Part shown: piece by piece, positions 40,557-50,482 of the stretch
How positions within the stretch are numbered: position 1 is the first letter of the stretch
Layout of the letters: every line of letters begins with the position of its first letter
Source: Verrucomicrobiota bacterium
GTDB lineage: Bacteria; Verrucomicrobiota; Verrucomicrobiia; Limisphaerales; AAA164-E04
DNA: 64,000 bases
Direction of reading: 5' to 3'
Assembly: GCA_047947115.1 (NCBI GenBank)
Contig: CP170459.1
Span: forward strand, 3,872,001-3,936,000
The notes under the pieces: generated by a model
What the model saw: the letters and a program-made list of their open reading frames with translations, nothing else
Told to the model about the DNA's origin: nothing
Database searches by the model: none
Made by a program: the position numbers and the translations under genes

Positions 40557-41994
40557 CCAGTACTTACGTACCTTCGGATTCCGTCTGAATCTTTGGTATG
40601 CCGCTATCTTCACACTCAGTGGGGCGGCGTTGTTTTACTTTGTATACTGGATGCTGGCCAACGCGGTGGTGCAAAAAGATCTGGAAGCACTGCAACACCA
40701 GCTACGCGATTACTCTCGCATTTATCGGGATGGAGGGACCTTGTCGCTTCAACGCTGGCTTGAGGAGCGTAAACGAACCGGCGAGCTGAAATCCTTTTTC
40801 GTGCGCATCACCACTCCCGCGGAACGTGAAGTGTTCCTGGAAGCATCGGAAAACTGGTTGAAATTTGATGCTTACCAATGGGGTCCCCTGGTTCTGAAGA
40901 GTCGAGATTACCTGCGAATTCCGGAGAACGAGGAAAAGGATCTGCTTTTGGTTTCGTCCCAGCTATGGAATGGAAACATCCTCATGGCTGGAAAAAGCAT
41001 GGACAACCGGGAGACTTGGTTGAAGCCATTTCGACGTGTGTTTTTGGGAGCGATGATTCCGGTGGTGTTGATTGGTTTTCTAGGAGGTGGTTTTCTGGCA
41101 TGGCGCAGTATGAAACCCGTGCGCCAGATGAGTTCCGCAGTGCAGTCGATCATTGATACTGGAAATCTGGACAAAAGAGTTGACCTGCCCAAAACCGAGG
41201 ATGAGCTCACACAATTGGGGCGCCAGTTCAATCAGATGCTCCAGCAAAACCAGCAGTTGATTACCTCCATGCGCGAATCCCTCGACAACGTTGCACATGA
41301 CCTGCGCACTCCGCTAACCCGTTTGCGCAATGCCGCTGAATCCGCATTGAGAGAAGAACCTCTGGGGATGGATCGAGCTTCGGAAGCTCTTGCGGATTGT
41401 ATGGAAGAATCGGATCGGGTGCTGACCATGCTGCATACCCTGATGTCGGTGGCCGAGGCCGAGGCCGGGGTGATGAAGCTCAATCTGGCTCCAACCGATT
41501 TCGACGCATTGGTGCGTGAATCGGTGGATCTGTACGAACATGTGGCTGAGGACAAATCCATCCAAATCGAAGTTGTCTCCACACCCAATTCCATCGGCGT
41601 TGTGGACCCCCAACGCGTGCGTCTTGTGTTGGCCAATTTGTTGGATAATGCCCTTAAATACACTCATAACGGCGGGCATGTGCGGATCATGGTGGATCGT
41701 ATGGACGGCATGATGGTGGTTCAGATTGAAGATGACGGCATGGGAATTGCCCTGTCCGATCTGGACAAGATATGGGACCGGTTATATCGCGCCGACAAAA
41801 GCCGTTCACAACGCGGACTGGGATTGGGACTCAGTTTGGTCAAGGCCATCGTGGAAGCCCATCGAGGCGTGGTCAGAGTTAAAAGCGAACCCGGCAAAGG
41901 TTCCATTTTCATGGTCGCCTTCAAAGCCAGCGGTTTTTCCGAAGAGCCCACCAGACTCCCAGGCCCATCATCAACATCAAACCACAAAGGATAA
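40537..41994 (+). CDS. HAMP-domain sensor histidine kinase
   Basis: Two TMs, AHDLRTPLTRL, NLLDNALKY, DDGMGI, GLGLGL. Start ATG 40537 overlaps the response regulator. Confidence 0.95.
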   Translation: MSLKPVSQYLRTFGFRLNLWYAAIFTLSGAALFYFVYWMLANAVVQKDLEALQHQLRDYSRIYRDGGTLSLQRWLEERKRTGELKSFFVRITTPAEREVFLEASENWLKFDAYQWGPLVLKSRDYLRIPENEEKDLLLVSSQLWNGNILMAGKSMDNRETWLKPFRRVFLGAMIPVVLIGFLGGGFLAWRSMKPVRQMSSAVQSIIDTGNLDKRVDLPKTEDELTQLGRQFNQMLQQNQQLITSMRESLDNVAHDLRTPLTRLRNAAESALREEPLGMDRASEALADCMEESDRVLTMLHTLMSVAEAEAGVMKLNLAPTDFDALVRESVDLYEHVAEDKSIQIEVVSTPNSIGVVDPQRVRLVLANLLDNALKYTHNGGHVRIMVDRMDGMMVVQIEDDGMGIALSDLDKIWDRLYRADKSRSQRGLGLGLSLVKAIVEAHRGVVRVKSEPGKGSIFMVAFKASGFSEEPTRLPGPSSTSNHKG

Positions 41995-42895
41995 AGAAAG
42001 CATGTTGATTGTCCGCTCCAGGAATGCCACCCACATTCACGCCCAGCAATCCGGTGACCAGCCCAAGGGGAAGGAATATGGCAGTGATGATCGAAAGCAG
42101 ATACATGGTTCGATTCATACGTTCCGTCGATTGATGACTCCAGGCTTCCTGGGTGATGGCAGCCCGGTCTCTGGCCGAATCCAGATCTTCTATGAGGCGG
42201 GAGGTTTTGTGTGTGAACTCTTTCAATGGGGCTTTGAGTTTGGATTTAAGCCAATGCGGGAGTTCGGATTCAAGGTTGGAGAACAACTCACGTTGGGGGG
42301 CCAGGTGTCGTCGCAGTCGGACGATGCTGCGCCGGAGGTCTGCAAAGTCCTCTTTGGTGTGTCGATCTTCCGGACCGAGAACCGTTTCCTCCATTTCGTC
42401 TACTTTGTCATCGATGTTTTGGACAACCTCGTGAGCCAGGTCCAACATGCGTTGAATGCATTGGATCAGCCAATCGGGGATATCTTTGGGGCCCTCACCT
42501 GTATCGAGTCTGCGGATGATTTCCTGAGCGGCCATCACCCTGCGGTGACGGAGAGTGATGATCAGCCCTTCCTGAATCCAGATCCTCAGTGCCACCATGT
42601 CTTCGGGATTCGATTGAGGATTCAAATTAACCCCGCGCAGTATCACCAGGAGCCCTTGTTCGGTGGAAAGGCATCTGGGTTTGGGGTTTGCATCGATCAA
42701 TGCCCTGGAAACCAATGGAGACAGTTTCAATTTCTCAGCAATCCATCCCCGGATTTCGTCATTTTGATAGTCTCCATGGAGCCAGGTTGGCTTGTCGGAT
42801 GTGGCCGCGGCTGGTTCAAAATTATAAGGGGGCGGAGAGCCCGTTCCGTTTCCGGTCAATTGAGTCGTAAAAACCCAAGGATCGCATGCTGTCAT
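41921..42895 (-). CDS. zntB: Zinc transporter ZntB (CorA family)
   Basis: LRGVNLNP..PEDMV.LR, LRRHLAPQRE, TGLLGVNVGGIPG. Confidence 0.9.
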   Translation of the reverse strand: MTACDPWVFTTQLTGNGTGSPPPYNFEPAAATSDKPTWLHGDYQNDEIRGWIAEKLKLSPLVSRALIDANPKPRCLSTEQGLLVILRGVNLNPQSNPEDMVALRIWIQEGLIITLRHRRVMAAQEIIRRLDTGEGPKDIPDWLIQCIQRMLDLAHEVVQNIDDKVDEMEETVLGPEDRHTKEDFADLRRSIVRLRRHLAPQRELFSNLESELPHWLKSKLKAPLKEFTHKTSRLIEDLDSARDRAAITQEAWSHQSTERMNRTMYLLSIITAIFLPLGLVTGLLGVNVGGIPGADNQHAFFILCGLMLMMGLGVWWALRKNRWL

Positions 42896-43067
42896 AACGA
42901 TATTATGCCCAGTGAATTGAGGAAATCCATCGAAAAACAAGCCGGTTATGAGAATCCGTATCACCACAACTAGATGAAAAAATGGAACCAGCACCGCTAA
43001 AAAAAGCCAACACGCATTGACTTGGAGGGTGCGGTCTTTCTAAGGTGAATGCCTTCAAGGAAATTTC

Positions 43068-43790
43068 ATGTTGGATGTCATAGAACAACTATTGGTATTG
43101 CAGGATCGGGACCAGAAAATCATGCGTCTGGAAGAAGAACTTGCACGTGTCGAACCCGAGCGGAACGCATTGTTGGGGAATGCGGACAGCTCGAAAAACG
43201 CCCTGGAGCAGGCACGCAAAGCTGCCCAACAGGTGGAATCCCAGCGCAAAGATCTGGAACTGGAGGTGGAATCCAGGAAAAAACAGATTGACCGATATGC
43301 TTCCCAGCAACTGGAAACCCGTAAAAATGAAGAGTACCAGGCCTTGAGCAAGGAAATTGAAAACTGCAAGACCGCCATCGAAGCTTTGGAGGATCAGGAA
43401 CTTGAACTGATGGAGGCCTACGATGTCAAATTGAAGGAAGTAGCCGAGGCGGACAGAGTGGCCAAGGAAGCTCAAGCCCGGGCGGATGAACAGGTGGTCA
43501 AGCTGGAGGAACGCGAATCCAGTCAGAAGAAAGAAAAGGCCGAAGTGGAAGCCGAGCGTGCCCAACTGGCCACCAAGGTCGATGAAGCGGTGCTTTCCAG
43601 GTACGACCGATTGCTGCAGCGCAAACGCAACAAAGTCGTCGTCGGGGTAAACCGTGGTGTCTGCGGAGGCTGTCACATGTCGCTGCCAACCCAAATACAG
43701 GTGCAGTGCAAGGCTCAGAAGGAAATTGTCAACTGCCCGAATTGTGGCAGGATTGTTTATTACACACGGGACATGGAATTGACCGTTTAA
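43068..43790 (+). CDS. Coiled-coil plus C4 zinc-ribbon protein (DUF164/CT398-like)
   Basis: Long coiled coil, then CGGCH...CPNCGRI. Confidence 0.9.
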   Translation: MLDVIEQLLVLQDRDQKIMRLEEELARVEPERNALLGNADSSKNALEQARKAAQQVESQRKDLELEVESRKKQIDRYASQQLETRKNEEYQALSKEIENCKTAIEALEDQELELMEAYDVKLKEVAEADRVAKEAQARADEQVVKLEERESSQKKEKAEVEAERAQLATKVDEAVLSRYDRLLQRKRNKVVVGVNRGVCGGCHMSLPTQIQVQCKAQKEIVNCPNCGRIVYYTRDMELTV

Positions 43791-43816
43791 GAATAGGGAA
43801 AAGTAAATCAGATCAT

Positions 43817-44617
43817 ATGAATCAGGTGAAGATGATACAAATGTTCAAATACTCGATACAGTGTTTCCTGCTGGTTTCCGTGCTGGTGGGATGTACTACT
43901 GTGCCGGAAACCGGACGCAGGCAGTTCATGCTTCTCTCACCCCAACAGGAAATGCAACTTGGTTTCAGCAGCTTTGAGACCATGAAATCCAATGTGCCTA
44001 TCAGCAATGATCCTGCCAAAAACGCCCTGTTGAAAAGAGTGGGAGAGCGCATCGCCGCAGTGGCCAAGCTTCCGAACGCACAATGGGAATTCGTTTTGTT
44101 CGACAGTCCAGAAGCGAATGCCTTTTGTTTGCCTGGGGGGAAGGTGGGGGTTTACACCGGCATTCTGCCCATCACACTTAATGAGGCAGGGTTGGCAACC
44201 GTCATCGGGCACGAAGTGGCTCACGCGGAAAACCGGCACGGTGGTGAACGAGTTTCCCAGGGTATGATTCAACAATTGGGGGGCACCTTGCTTCAATCCG
44301 GAATGGCTGCCCAGGGCTACAAGACGGAAACCCAGGCCGTGGCTGCGACCGTTTACGGCATGACTTCCCAACTTGCCTACACACTCCCCAACAGTCGCGG
44401 ACAGGAGAGTGAAGCGGATTACGTCGGACTGCTTCGCATGGCGGAGGCCGGCTACAATCCCGAGGAAGCGGTGAAATTTTGGGAACGGTTCAGAGCCTAC
44501 AACAATCAGGCCGGCGGTGGTGAGACTCCTTGGTTCTTGCGAACCCACCCCATGGATGAAAAGCGCATCGCCGATCTCAAGAAGTGGATTCCTGAAGCTA
44601 AAGCCAGGATGCGATAG
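43817..44617 (+). CDS. M48 metallopeptidase lipoprotein
   Basis: Lipobox LVGC, NAFCLPGGK, HEVAH, ESEAD, THP. Confidence 0.92.
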   Translation: MNQVKMIQMFKYSIQCFLLVSVLVGCTTVPETGRRQFMLLSPQQEMQLGFSSFETMKSNVPISNDPAKNALLKRVGERIAAVAKLPNAQWEFVLFDSPEANAFCLPGGKVGVYTGILPITLNEAGLATVIGHEVAHAENRHGGERVSQGMIQQLGGTLLQSGMAAQGYKTETQAVAATVYGMTSQLAYTLPNSRGQESEADYVGLLRMAEAGYNPEEAVKFWERFRAYNNQAGGGETPWFLRTHPMDEKRIADLKKWIPEAKARMR

Positions 44618-44707
44618 GAAACCAACCAGTTGGAGCTTTCAAGTCATTAACATCAAAGCAGCCACCTGAAAGTGGCGCTACATGTATCAGCATTAATTGA
44701 TCAATAT

Positions 44708-45697
44708 ATGAATACGGGAATCAGTGCCATCAACGAAGAAGTCAAGGAAGCCAGCGCTTTCCTCCAACCTTTGTTCACGGAAATCAACAAGGTCGTCATC
44801 GGGCAGAAATACCTGGTGGAACGTCTTGTTGTCGGCATGTTGGCGGACGGGCATGTGCTGTTGGAAGGTGTGCCTGGATTGGCCAAAACCACCTCGGTCA
44901 AAGCGCTCGCCAATGGGTTGAATGTGAATTTTTCTCGGATCCAGTTCACCCCTGACATGTTGCCGGCGGATGTGATCGGAACCCAGATTTTCAATCCGCA
45001 GTCCGGCGACTTTTCCACCCGCAAAGGTCCGGTGTTCGCCAACATCGTGCTGGCCGACGAAATCAACCGTGCCCCAGCCAAAGTACAAAGTGCCCTGCTG
45101 GAAGCCATGCAGGAACGACAGGTCACGATTGGTAACGAATCTTACCCCCTCGCCGAACCCTTTCTGGTGCTCGCTACCCAAAACCCCATCGAGCAGGAAG
45201 GAACCTATCCGCTGCCGGAAGCACAGGTCGACCGTTTCATGCTCAAGTTGAAAATCGATTACCCCACCCGTGAGGAGGAGCGACAGATTCTTGAACTGAT
45301 GGCGCGCACGGGCAGTTCTCCATCGGCACAACCGGTTGTGCAGGCGGAACAGATCATACGGGCACGTCAGGTGATCAACGACATTTACATCGACGACAAG
45401 GTGAAGGATTACATCGTGGATCTGGTGTGCTGTACGCGCAATCCTGAGGCCTACAACATGAATCTGAAAGAGCTGATTCAACTCGGAGCATCACCGCGTG
45501 CTACAATTTCTCTGACGCTTGCCGCAAAGGCATACGCTTTTCTTAAAGGGCGTGGATATGTGACGCCGCAGGATGTGAAGAGCATCGGATTGGACGTGTT
45601 GCGTCACCGAGTTGCGGTCACATTCGAGGCCGAAGCGGAAGAGCGCGACAGCGAATCCATCGTGCAGGAGATCTTTGACGCCTTGCCGGTGCCCTGA
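44708..45697 (+). CDS. moxR: MoxR-family AAA+ ATPase
   Basis: EGVPGLAKT, RIQFTPD, DEINRA, ATQNPIEQEGTYPLPEAQ.DRF. Confidence 0.95.
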   Translation: MNTGISAINEEVKEASAFLQPLFTEINKVVIGQKYLVERLVVGMLADGHVLLEGVPGLAKTTSVKALANGLNVNFSRIQFTPDMLPADVIGTQIFNPQSGDFSTRKGPVFANIVLADEINRAPAKVQSALLEAMQERQVTIGNESYPLAEPFLVLATQNPIEQEGTYPLPEAQVDRFMLKLKIDYPTREEERQILELMARTGSSPSAQPVVQAEQIIRARQVINDIYIDDKVKDYIVDLVCCTRNPEAYNMNLKELIQLGASPRATISLTLAAKAYAFLKGRGYVTPQDVKSIGLDVLRHRVAVTFEAEAEERDSESIVQEIFDALPVP

Positions 45698-45771
45698 TTC
45701 GGGGTTCCTGGTTTTGATCACGCAGAGAATTCAGGCAGATCACACCATCAAATCGAGATTCTCAACACGGT

Positions 45772-46728
45772 ATGATACCCAAGGACATTCTTAAGAAGAT
45801 TCGTCAAATCGAGCTCCGGACCAAGCGTCTGGTAAGCGAGACCATGGCGGGGCACTATCATAGTGTCTTCAAGGGGCAGGGGATGCACTTCGACGAAGTC
45901 CGTGAATATCAGCCCGGTGATGATGTGCGCACGATCGATTGGAATGTCACCGCCCGCATGAATCATCCGTTCATCAAGAAGTTCGTGGAAGAACGTGAAC
46001 TGACCTTGATGCTCGTCGTGGATCTTAGCGGTTCCGGATTGTTCGGGTCCGGCGATCAGTCAAAGCGGGAACTTGCCGCGGAGATTGCTTCTGTTCTGGC
46101 ATTTTCTGCGATCCGGAACAACGACAAGGTGGGCTTGATTCTGTTTACCGACGAGGTTGAGAAATACATTCCTCCCAGGAAAGGCCGATTCCACGTTTTA
46201 AGAGTCATACGCGAAATCCTGTTCCATGAACCCACCCGCCGGGGAACGGATATCAACCGGGCACTTGAATTCCTGAGCCGGGTGACCACTCACAAGGCCA
46301 TTGCTGTGGTCATATCGGATTTCATCGGGCAATCCGCCCCCACTCAGCGCGATATCTCCGCGCATCTGATGCGTGAAGTGGTCCTTTCCGACGTGTTGAA
46401 ATATGCTTCCGTGACGGCATTGCGCCAGGCGAATCGACGTCATGACGTGGTCGCTGTTCAGGTGATGGATCGTTTCGAGATGCATCTGCCGGCGATTGGT
46501 CGGGTGCTGTTGAAAGACGCGGAAACCGGCGAAGTGATGGAAGTCGATACCGGAGATGCACGCAAAAGGGCAGCCTTTGCCAGTAAACAGAAACGGGCGC
46601 AGCACGAGTTGGGACGTTTGTTTCGATCGGTTGGGATTGATTCGATCCAGTTGACAACCGATGAGGATTATCAATTGGCCCTCGGGCAGTTTTTTGAAAC
46701 TCGGGAAAAGAGGAGGATGAGAGGATGA
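45772..46728 (+). CDS. DUF58 protein
   Basis: F.EVREYQPGDDVR.IDWNVTAR, EEREL. Confidence 0.93.
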   Translation: MIPKDILKKIRQIELRTKRLVSETMAGHYHSVFKGQGMHFDEVREYQPGDDVRTIDWNVTARMNHPFIKKFVEERELTLMLVVDLSGSGLFGSGDQSKRELAAEIASVLAFSAIRNNDKVGLILFTDEVEKYIPPRKGRFHVLRVIREILFHEPTRRGTDINRALEFLSRVTTHKAIAVVISDFIGQSAPTQRDISAHLMREVVLSDVLKYASVTALRQANRRHDVVAVQVMDRFEMHLPAIGRVLLKDAETGEVMEVDTGDARKRAAFASKQKRAQHELGRLFRSVGIDSIQLTTDEDYQLALGQFFETREKRRMRG

Positions 46729-47360
46729 CCACGAACAGTCCAGCACTCATCGTTCCGGATACCAGCTCGGCTTCCACGAACAGTATCCCATCCGAGCTCC
46801 ACGATATCCGTCCGGCGATGGAGATCGTGTCGGTCTGGGAATATGTTGGGTGGGTTGTGGGAGCCTTGGTGTTGGTCCTGGTTGCTTATTTCCTGGCGCG
46901 ATATCTTCTTAAGAAACACCGTGAGACTCAGGCTATCGAGGCCACCCGTCCGGCTGTTCCCGCCCATGTGTTGGCACGCCAACGACTGGATGCTTCACTC
47001 GATCAGCTTCATGATCCGCGCGCTTTCTGTATTCTGGTGTCGGACGCCATCCGCTACTATCTGGAAGATCGGTTTGAATTGAAAGCACCGGAACGCACGA
47101 CGGAGGAGTTTCTGGAGGAACTGCAATCATCGTATTCCCTGAACTTTGAGCACAAACAAACTCTGGAAGCCTTCCTGCAACAATGTGACATGGCCAAATT
47201 CGCCAAGGCGGACATGTTGGGTCAGGAACTGAAATCCCTCTACGATATCGGAGTTCAATTCGTGAGGGAAACGGAACCGGAAGCCGTGTCGGCCCCGGGA
47301 GCGAAAGTCTCAGCGCCTTCGGAAACGGACACGGATCATTCAGAAAGAGGAGGAGCATAG
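46725..47360 (+). CDS. Bat-operon single-TM protein (DUF4381-like)
   Basis: LHDIRP, one TM, ERTTEEFL, DMAKFA; position in the operon. Confidence 0.8.
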   Translation: MTTNSPALIVPDTSSASTNSIPSELHDIRPAMEIVSVWEYVGWVVGALVLVLVAYFLARYLLKKHRETQAIEATRPAVPAHVLARQRLDASLDQLHDPRAFCILVSDAIRYYLEDRFELKAPERTTEEFLEELQSSYSLNFEHKQTLEAFLQQCDMAKFAKADMLGQELKSLYDIGVQFVRETEPEAVSAPGAKVSAPSETDTDHSERGGA

Positions 47361-47365
47361 GCCCA

Positions 47366-48367
47366 ATGACGTTCAATTTCGGTCATCCTTATTTTCTGTT
47401 GTTGCTGTTGTTGCTGCCTTTCCTTGCCTGGTTGCGAAACCGCAAGGTAAAGGAGTCGGCTTTTCTGTATTCCTCGGTGACGCTGCTACGCGGCGTCGCA
47501 AACCTGCAGCGTTCCAGCGCCCGCGCAATGTTGATTCGCATGCGTTGGTTGATCCTCATTCTCTGCATTCTGGCGATGGCTCGCCCTCGTTTGAGTGAAG
47601 GGAAAACATCGGTCAAAGCGAGTGGTATCGACATCGTGGTTGCCGTGGATCTCAGCATGAGCATGGCCGCGATGGATTTTGAGCGGAATGGCGAACGGGT
47701 CAATCGGTTGGAAATCGCCAAGGACGTGCTCGAAGGATTCGTTGAAAAACGCACCAACGACCGTCTGGGACTGGTGGCCTTTGCAGGCAGGGCTTACATC
47801 GCAGCTCCCTTGACCCTGGATCATGATTTTTTTCGGATCAATCTGGATCGACTGGATCTTGGGATTGTGGAAGACGGCACGGCCATCGGGTCCGCACTCA
47901 TTGCCGGATTGGAACGACTGCGTGACGTGGAGTCCAAAAGTCGTATCGTGATCCTCATGACCGATGGTCAAAACAATGCGGGCAAGGTGCCGCCCCTGAC
48001 AGCTGCCGAAGCCGCGGAAGCATTGAACGTCAAGGTTTACACCATTGGAGTCGGCACCAAAGGCACCGCCCCATATCCTCAAAAGGACCCGTTTGGCAGA
48101 ACCGTCTTCGCTCAAATGAAGGTCGATATCGATGAGGATACCTTGAAGGGAATCGCCGAGAAAACCGGAGGCAAATATTACCGCGCCGACAACAGTGAAG
48201 CGTTTCGACAGATTTACGAGGAGATCGATGCCCTGGAAAAGACCGAAGTCGAGATGCAACAGTATACGCGGCATGAAGAATTGGCAGCATGGTTTATGCT
48301 TCCGGCATTGGTTCTGTTGCTTTTGGAAATGATTTTGAACCACACCATCTGGAGGAAATTACCCTGA
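47366..48367 (+). CDS. batA: BatA-like VWA domain protein
   Basis: DLSMSM MIDAS, GTAIG, ILMTDG.NN.G. Confidence 0.9.
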   Translation: MTFNFGHPYFLLLLLLLPFLAWLRNRKVKESAFLYSSVTLLRGVANLQRSSARAMLIRMRWLILILCILAMARPRLSEGKTSVKASGIDIVVAVDLSMSMAAMDFERNGERVNRLEIAKDVLEGFVEKRTNDRLGLVAFAGRAYIAAPLTLDHDFFRINLDRLDLGIVEDGTAIGSALIAGLERLRDVESKSRIVILMTDGQNNAGKVPPLTAAEAAEALNVKVYTIGVGTKGTAPYPQKDPFGRTVFAQMKVDIDEDTLKGIAEKTGGKYYRADNSEAFRQIYEEIDALEKTEVEMQQYTRHEELAAWFMLPALVLLLLEMILNHTIWRKLP

Positions 48368-48370
48368 CCC

Positions 48371-49435
48371 ATGGATGATCGTTTTCAATTTGAAGAAGTG
48401 CGCATGCTGTGGTTGATGTTGATCACAGTGCCGATCCTGATCGCTTTTTTATGGTGGGCCTGGCGGCGGAAGAAAGTCCTGATCTCTGAATTCGTTAAAT
48501 CGAGATTGCTGGCATCCCTGACTGTCGGGGTTTCCTGGAAAAAGCAGAATATCCGATCCGTTCTGTTGACCCTGGCCGTGGTGCTTTTGTTTGTGGCGCT
48601 TGCTCGACCTCAATGGGGTTTTTCCTGGCAGGAAGCCACTCAGCGAGGTCTTGACATAGTCGTGGCCGTGGATACATCCAAAAGCATGCTGGCCTCGGAT
48701 CTCGCTCCCAGTCGCCTGGAACGCGCGCGTCTGGCTGCACTGGACCTGATGGATCTGGCCAAACAGGATCGTCTCGGGTTGGTGGCCTTTGCCGGGAGCG
48801 CTTTTCTGCAATGCCCGCTGACTCTCGACAACCAAGCCTTTCAACAAAGTGTCGAGATACTTGATCCCAACGTCATTCCCCAAGGGGGCACTTCGCTTTC
48901 GGAAGCGATAGAAAGCGGTTTAACTGCTTTTGACGAAGAAAACAATAATTACAAAGCCATCATCATTCTTACCGACGGGGAAGATCATGATGAGGGTGCG
49001 GTCGAGGCCGCTGAAAAGGCGCGTGATGCCGGATGTCGTGTCTTCACAGTGGGATTGGGAACTCCCGAAGGTGAACTGATCCAGATCGTCGATGACAACG
49101 GGCAGCGCACTTTCATCAAGGACGACGCAGGGAACACCGTTAAGTCCAGATTGAACGAAACCTTGCTGCGGGAAGTAGCCGACGCAGGAGGCGGTTCCTA
49201 TATTCACATGCGGGATGCGGCCACTTTGGCAACCTTATACCGGACCAACCTGGAGCCATTGCCGAAAGCCGAACTTTCCACACGTCTGGTCCGGCAATAT
49301 ATCGAACGATTTCAGTGGCCTTTGGGGCTGGTCATTATTCTGTTGATGTGTGAGATTTTCATATCCGATCAGCGGAAAGTGCCGCGTCCCTCCAGCGCTA
49401 TTCGATCAGGAAATGTCATTGGAACGTCCAGGTGA
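48371..49435 (+). CDS. batB: BatB-like VWA domain protein
   Basis: ARPQWG, DTSKSM, LTDGEDH. Confidence 0.88.
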   Translation: MDDRFQFEEVRMLWLMLITVPILIAFLWWAWRRKKVLISEFVKSRLLASLTVGVSWKKQNIRSVLLTLAVVLLFVALARPQWGFSWQEATQRGLDIVVAVDTSKSMLASDLAPSRLERARLAALDLMDLAKQDRLGLVAFAGSAFLQCPLTLDNQAFQQSVEILDPNVIPQGGTSLSEAIESGLTAFDEENNNYKAIIILTDGEDHDEGAVEAAEKARDAGCRVFTVGLGTPEGELIQIVDDNGQRTFIKDDAGNTVKSRLNETLLREVADAGGGSYIHMRDAATLATLYRTNLEPLPKAELSTRLVRQYIERFQWPLGLVIILLMCEIFISDQRKVPRPSSAIRSGNVIGTSR

Positions 49436-49499
49436 GACAGGTGACGAATTGAAAATCAGTCTTATTTGTGGCAGAACGTAAGCAAATTCGAATCAAACA

Positions 49500-50465
49500 A
49501 TGTTCAGATTTAGCAACAGAAGCGGTATGGCAAGTAACCAAATGAACCGGGGTGCTGTGGTTTTGTGTTTTCTCTGTTTGAGTTGTTGGTTGGGCTTGCA
49601 AGCGGATACGCCACGCAAAGCTCGCCAATACATGGAGCGGGGGCAATACGCGGATGCGATGCGGATTTATGATGAACTGGCTGTGAAGCATCCGAAGGAC
49701 AGTCGATATTACTACAATGCCGGTGTCGCGGCCTACAAGGCCATGAAGTTTGCCGAAGCCCAGGAGTATTTCGATGCCGCGAGTCTCTCCGAGGATCTGG
49801 ATCTTCAACAACAATCTTTCTATAATCGCGGCAATGCCCTTTTCAAAGCTGGTGAAGAGGAGGCCAATTTCGAACGCAAGACCCAGATGTGGAAAGAAGC
49901 GATCGACCAGTTTGATCATGCGGTGAATCTCAACGAAACGGATCAAATGGCTCAGGATAATCTTCAATTCGTGAAACAGCAGTTGGAGAACTTGCAGCAA
50001 CAGCAACAAGATCAGAATCCTGACCAGAATTCCGACGAGAATAAGGACGAGGAAAGCGAACAGGACAACGAACAACAGAACGACCAGAACCAGTCTGAAC
50101 AAGATCAACAGGATCAGGATCAACAAAACCAAGACCAACAGCAGCAGGATCAAAACGATCAGGACCAACAGCAGAACTCATCCCAAGACCAGCAAAACGA
50201 GCAGCAGGACGAGCAGAATTCACCATCCGAGGGTGAATCGTCCGAAGAGGAACAGCAAAACCCATCACAACCCCAGGATGGCGAACAGGAAGAGCAAGAA
50301 CAGAATGCTCAACCACAGGAAGGGGAACCAAGCGAAGACATGCCGCAAACCACCATGTCACCGCAGCAGGCCATGCAATTGCTGGATTCTGAGAGGGGTG
50401 AGGCCAAATCATTGATATTTCGCCCCCCCGACAAGCGACGCCCCAAGCAGTTTAAAGATTGGTAG
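49500..50465 (+). CDS. batC: BatC-like TPR protein with Q/D/E-rich linker
   Basis: YYNAG and FYNRGN TPRs, low-complexity linker, terminal KDW. Confidence 0.85.
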   Translation: MFRFSNRSGMASNQMNRGAVVLCFLCLSCWLGLQADTPRKARQYMERGQYADAMRIYDELAVKHPKDSRYYYNAGVAAYKAMKFAEAQEYFDAASLSEDLDLQQQSFYNRGNALFKAGEEEANFERKTQMWKEAIDQFDHAVNLNETDQMAQDNLQFVKQQLENLQQQQQDQNPDQNSDENKDEESEQDNEQQNDQNQSEQDQQDQDQQNQDQQQQDQNDQDQQQNSSQDQQNEQQDEQNSPSEGESSEEEQQNPSQPQDGEQEEQEQNAQPQEGEPSEDMPQTTMSPQQAMQLLDSERGEAKSLIFRPPDKRRPKQFKDW

Positions 50466-50482
50466 GGCACGATCATTAAAGA

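Noticed and set aside
41726..42973. 415-aa plus-strand ORF
   Set aside because: Antisense shadow of zntB with no recognisable motifs. The same applies to most short overlapping ORFs in the track.
49990..50340. CAG/GAC-rich repeats as a separate element
   Set aside because: They encode the normal Q/D/E-rich BatC linker.
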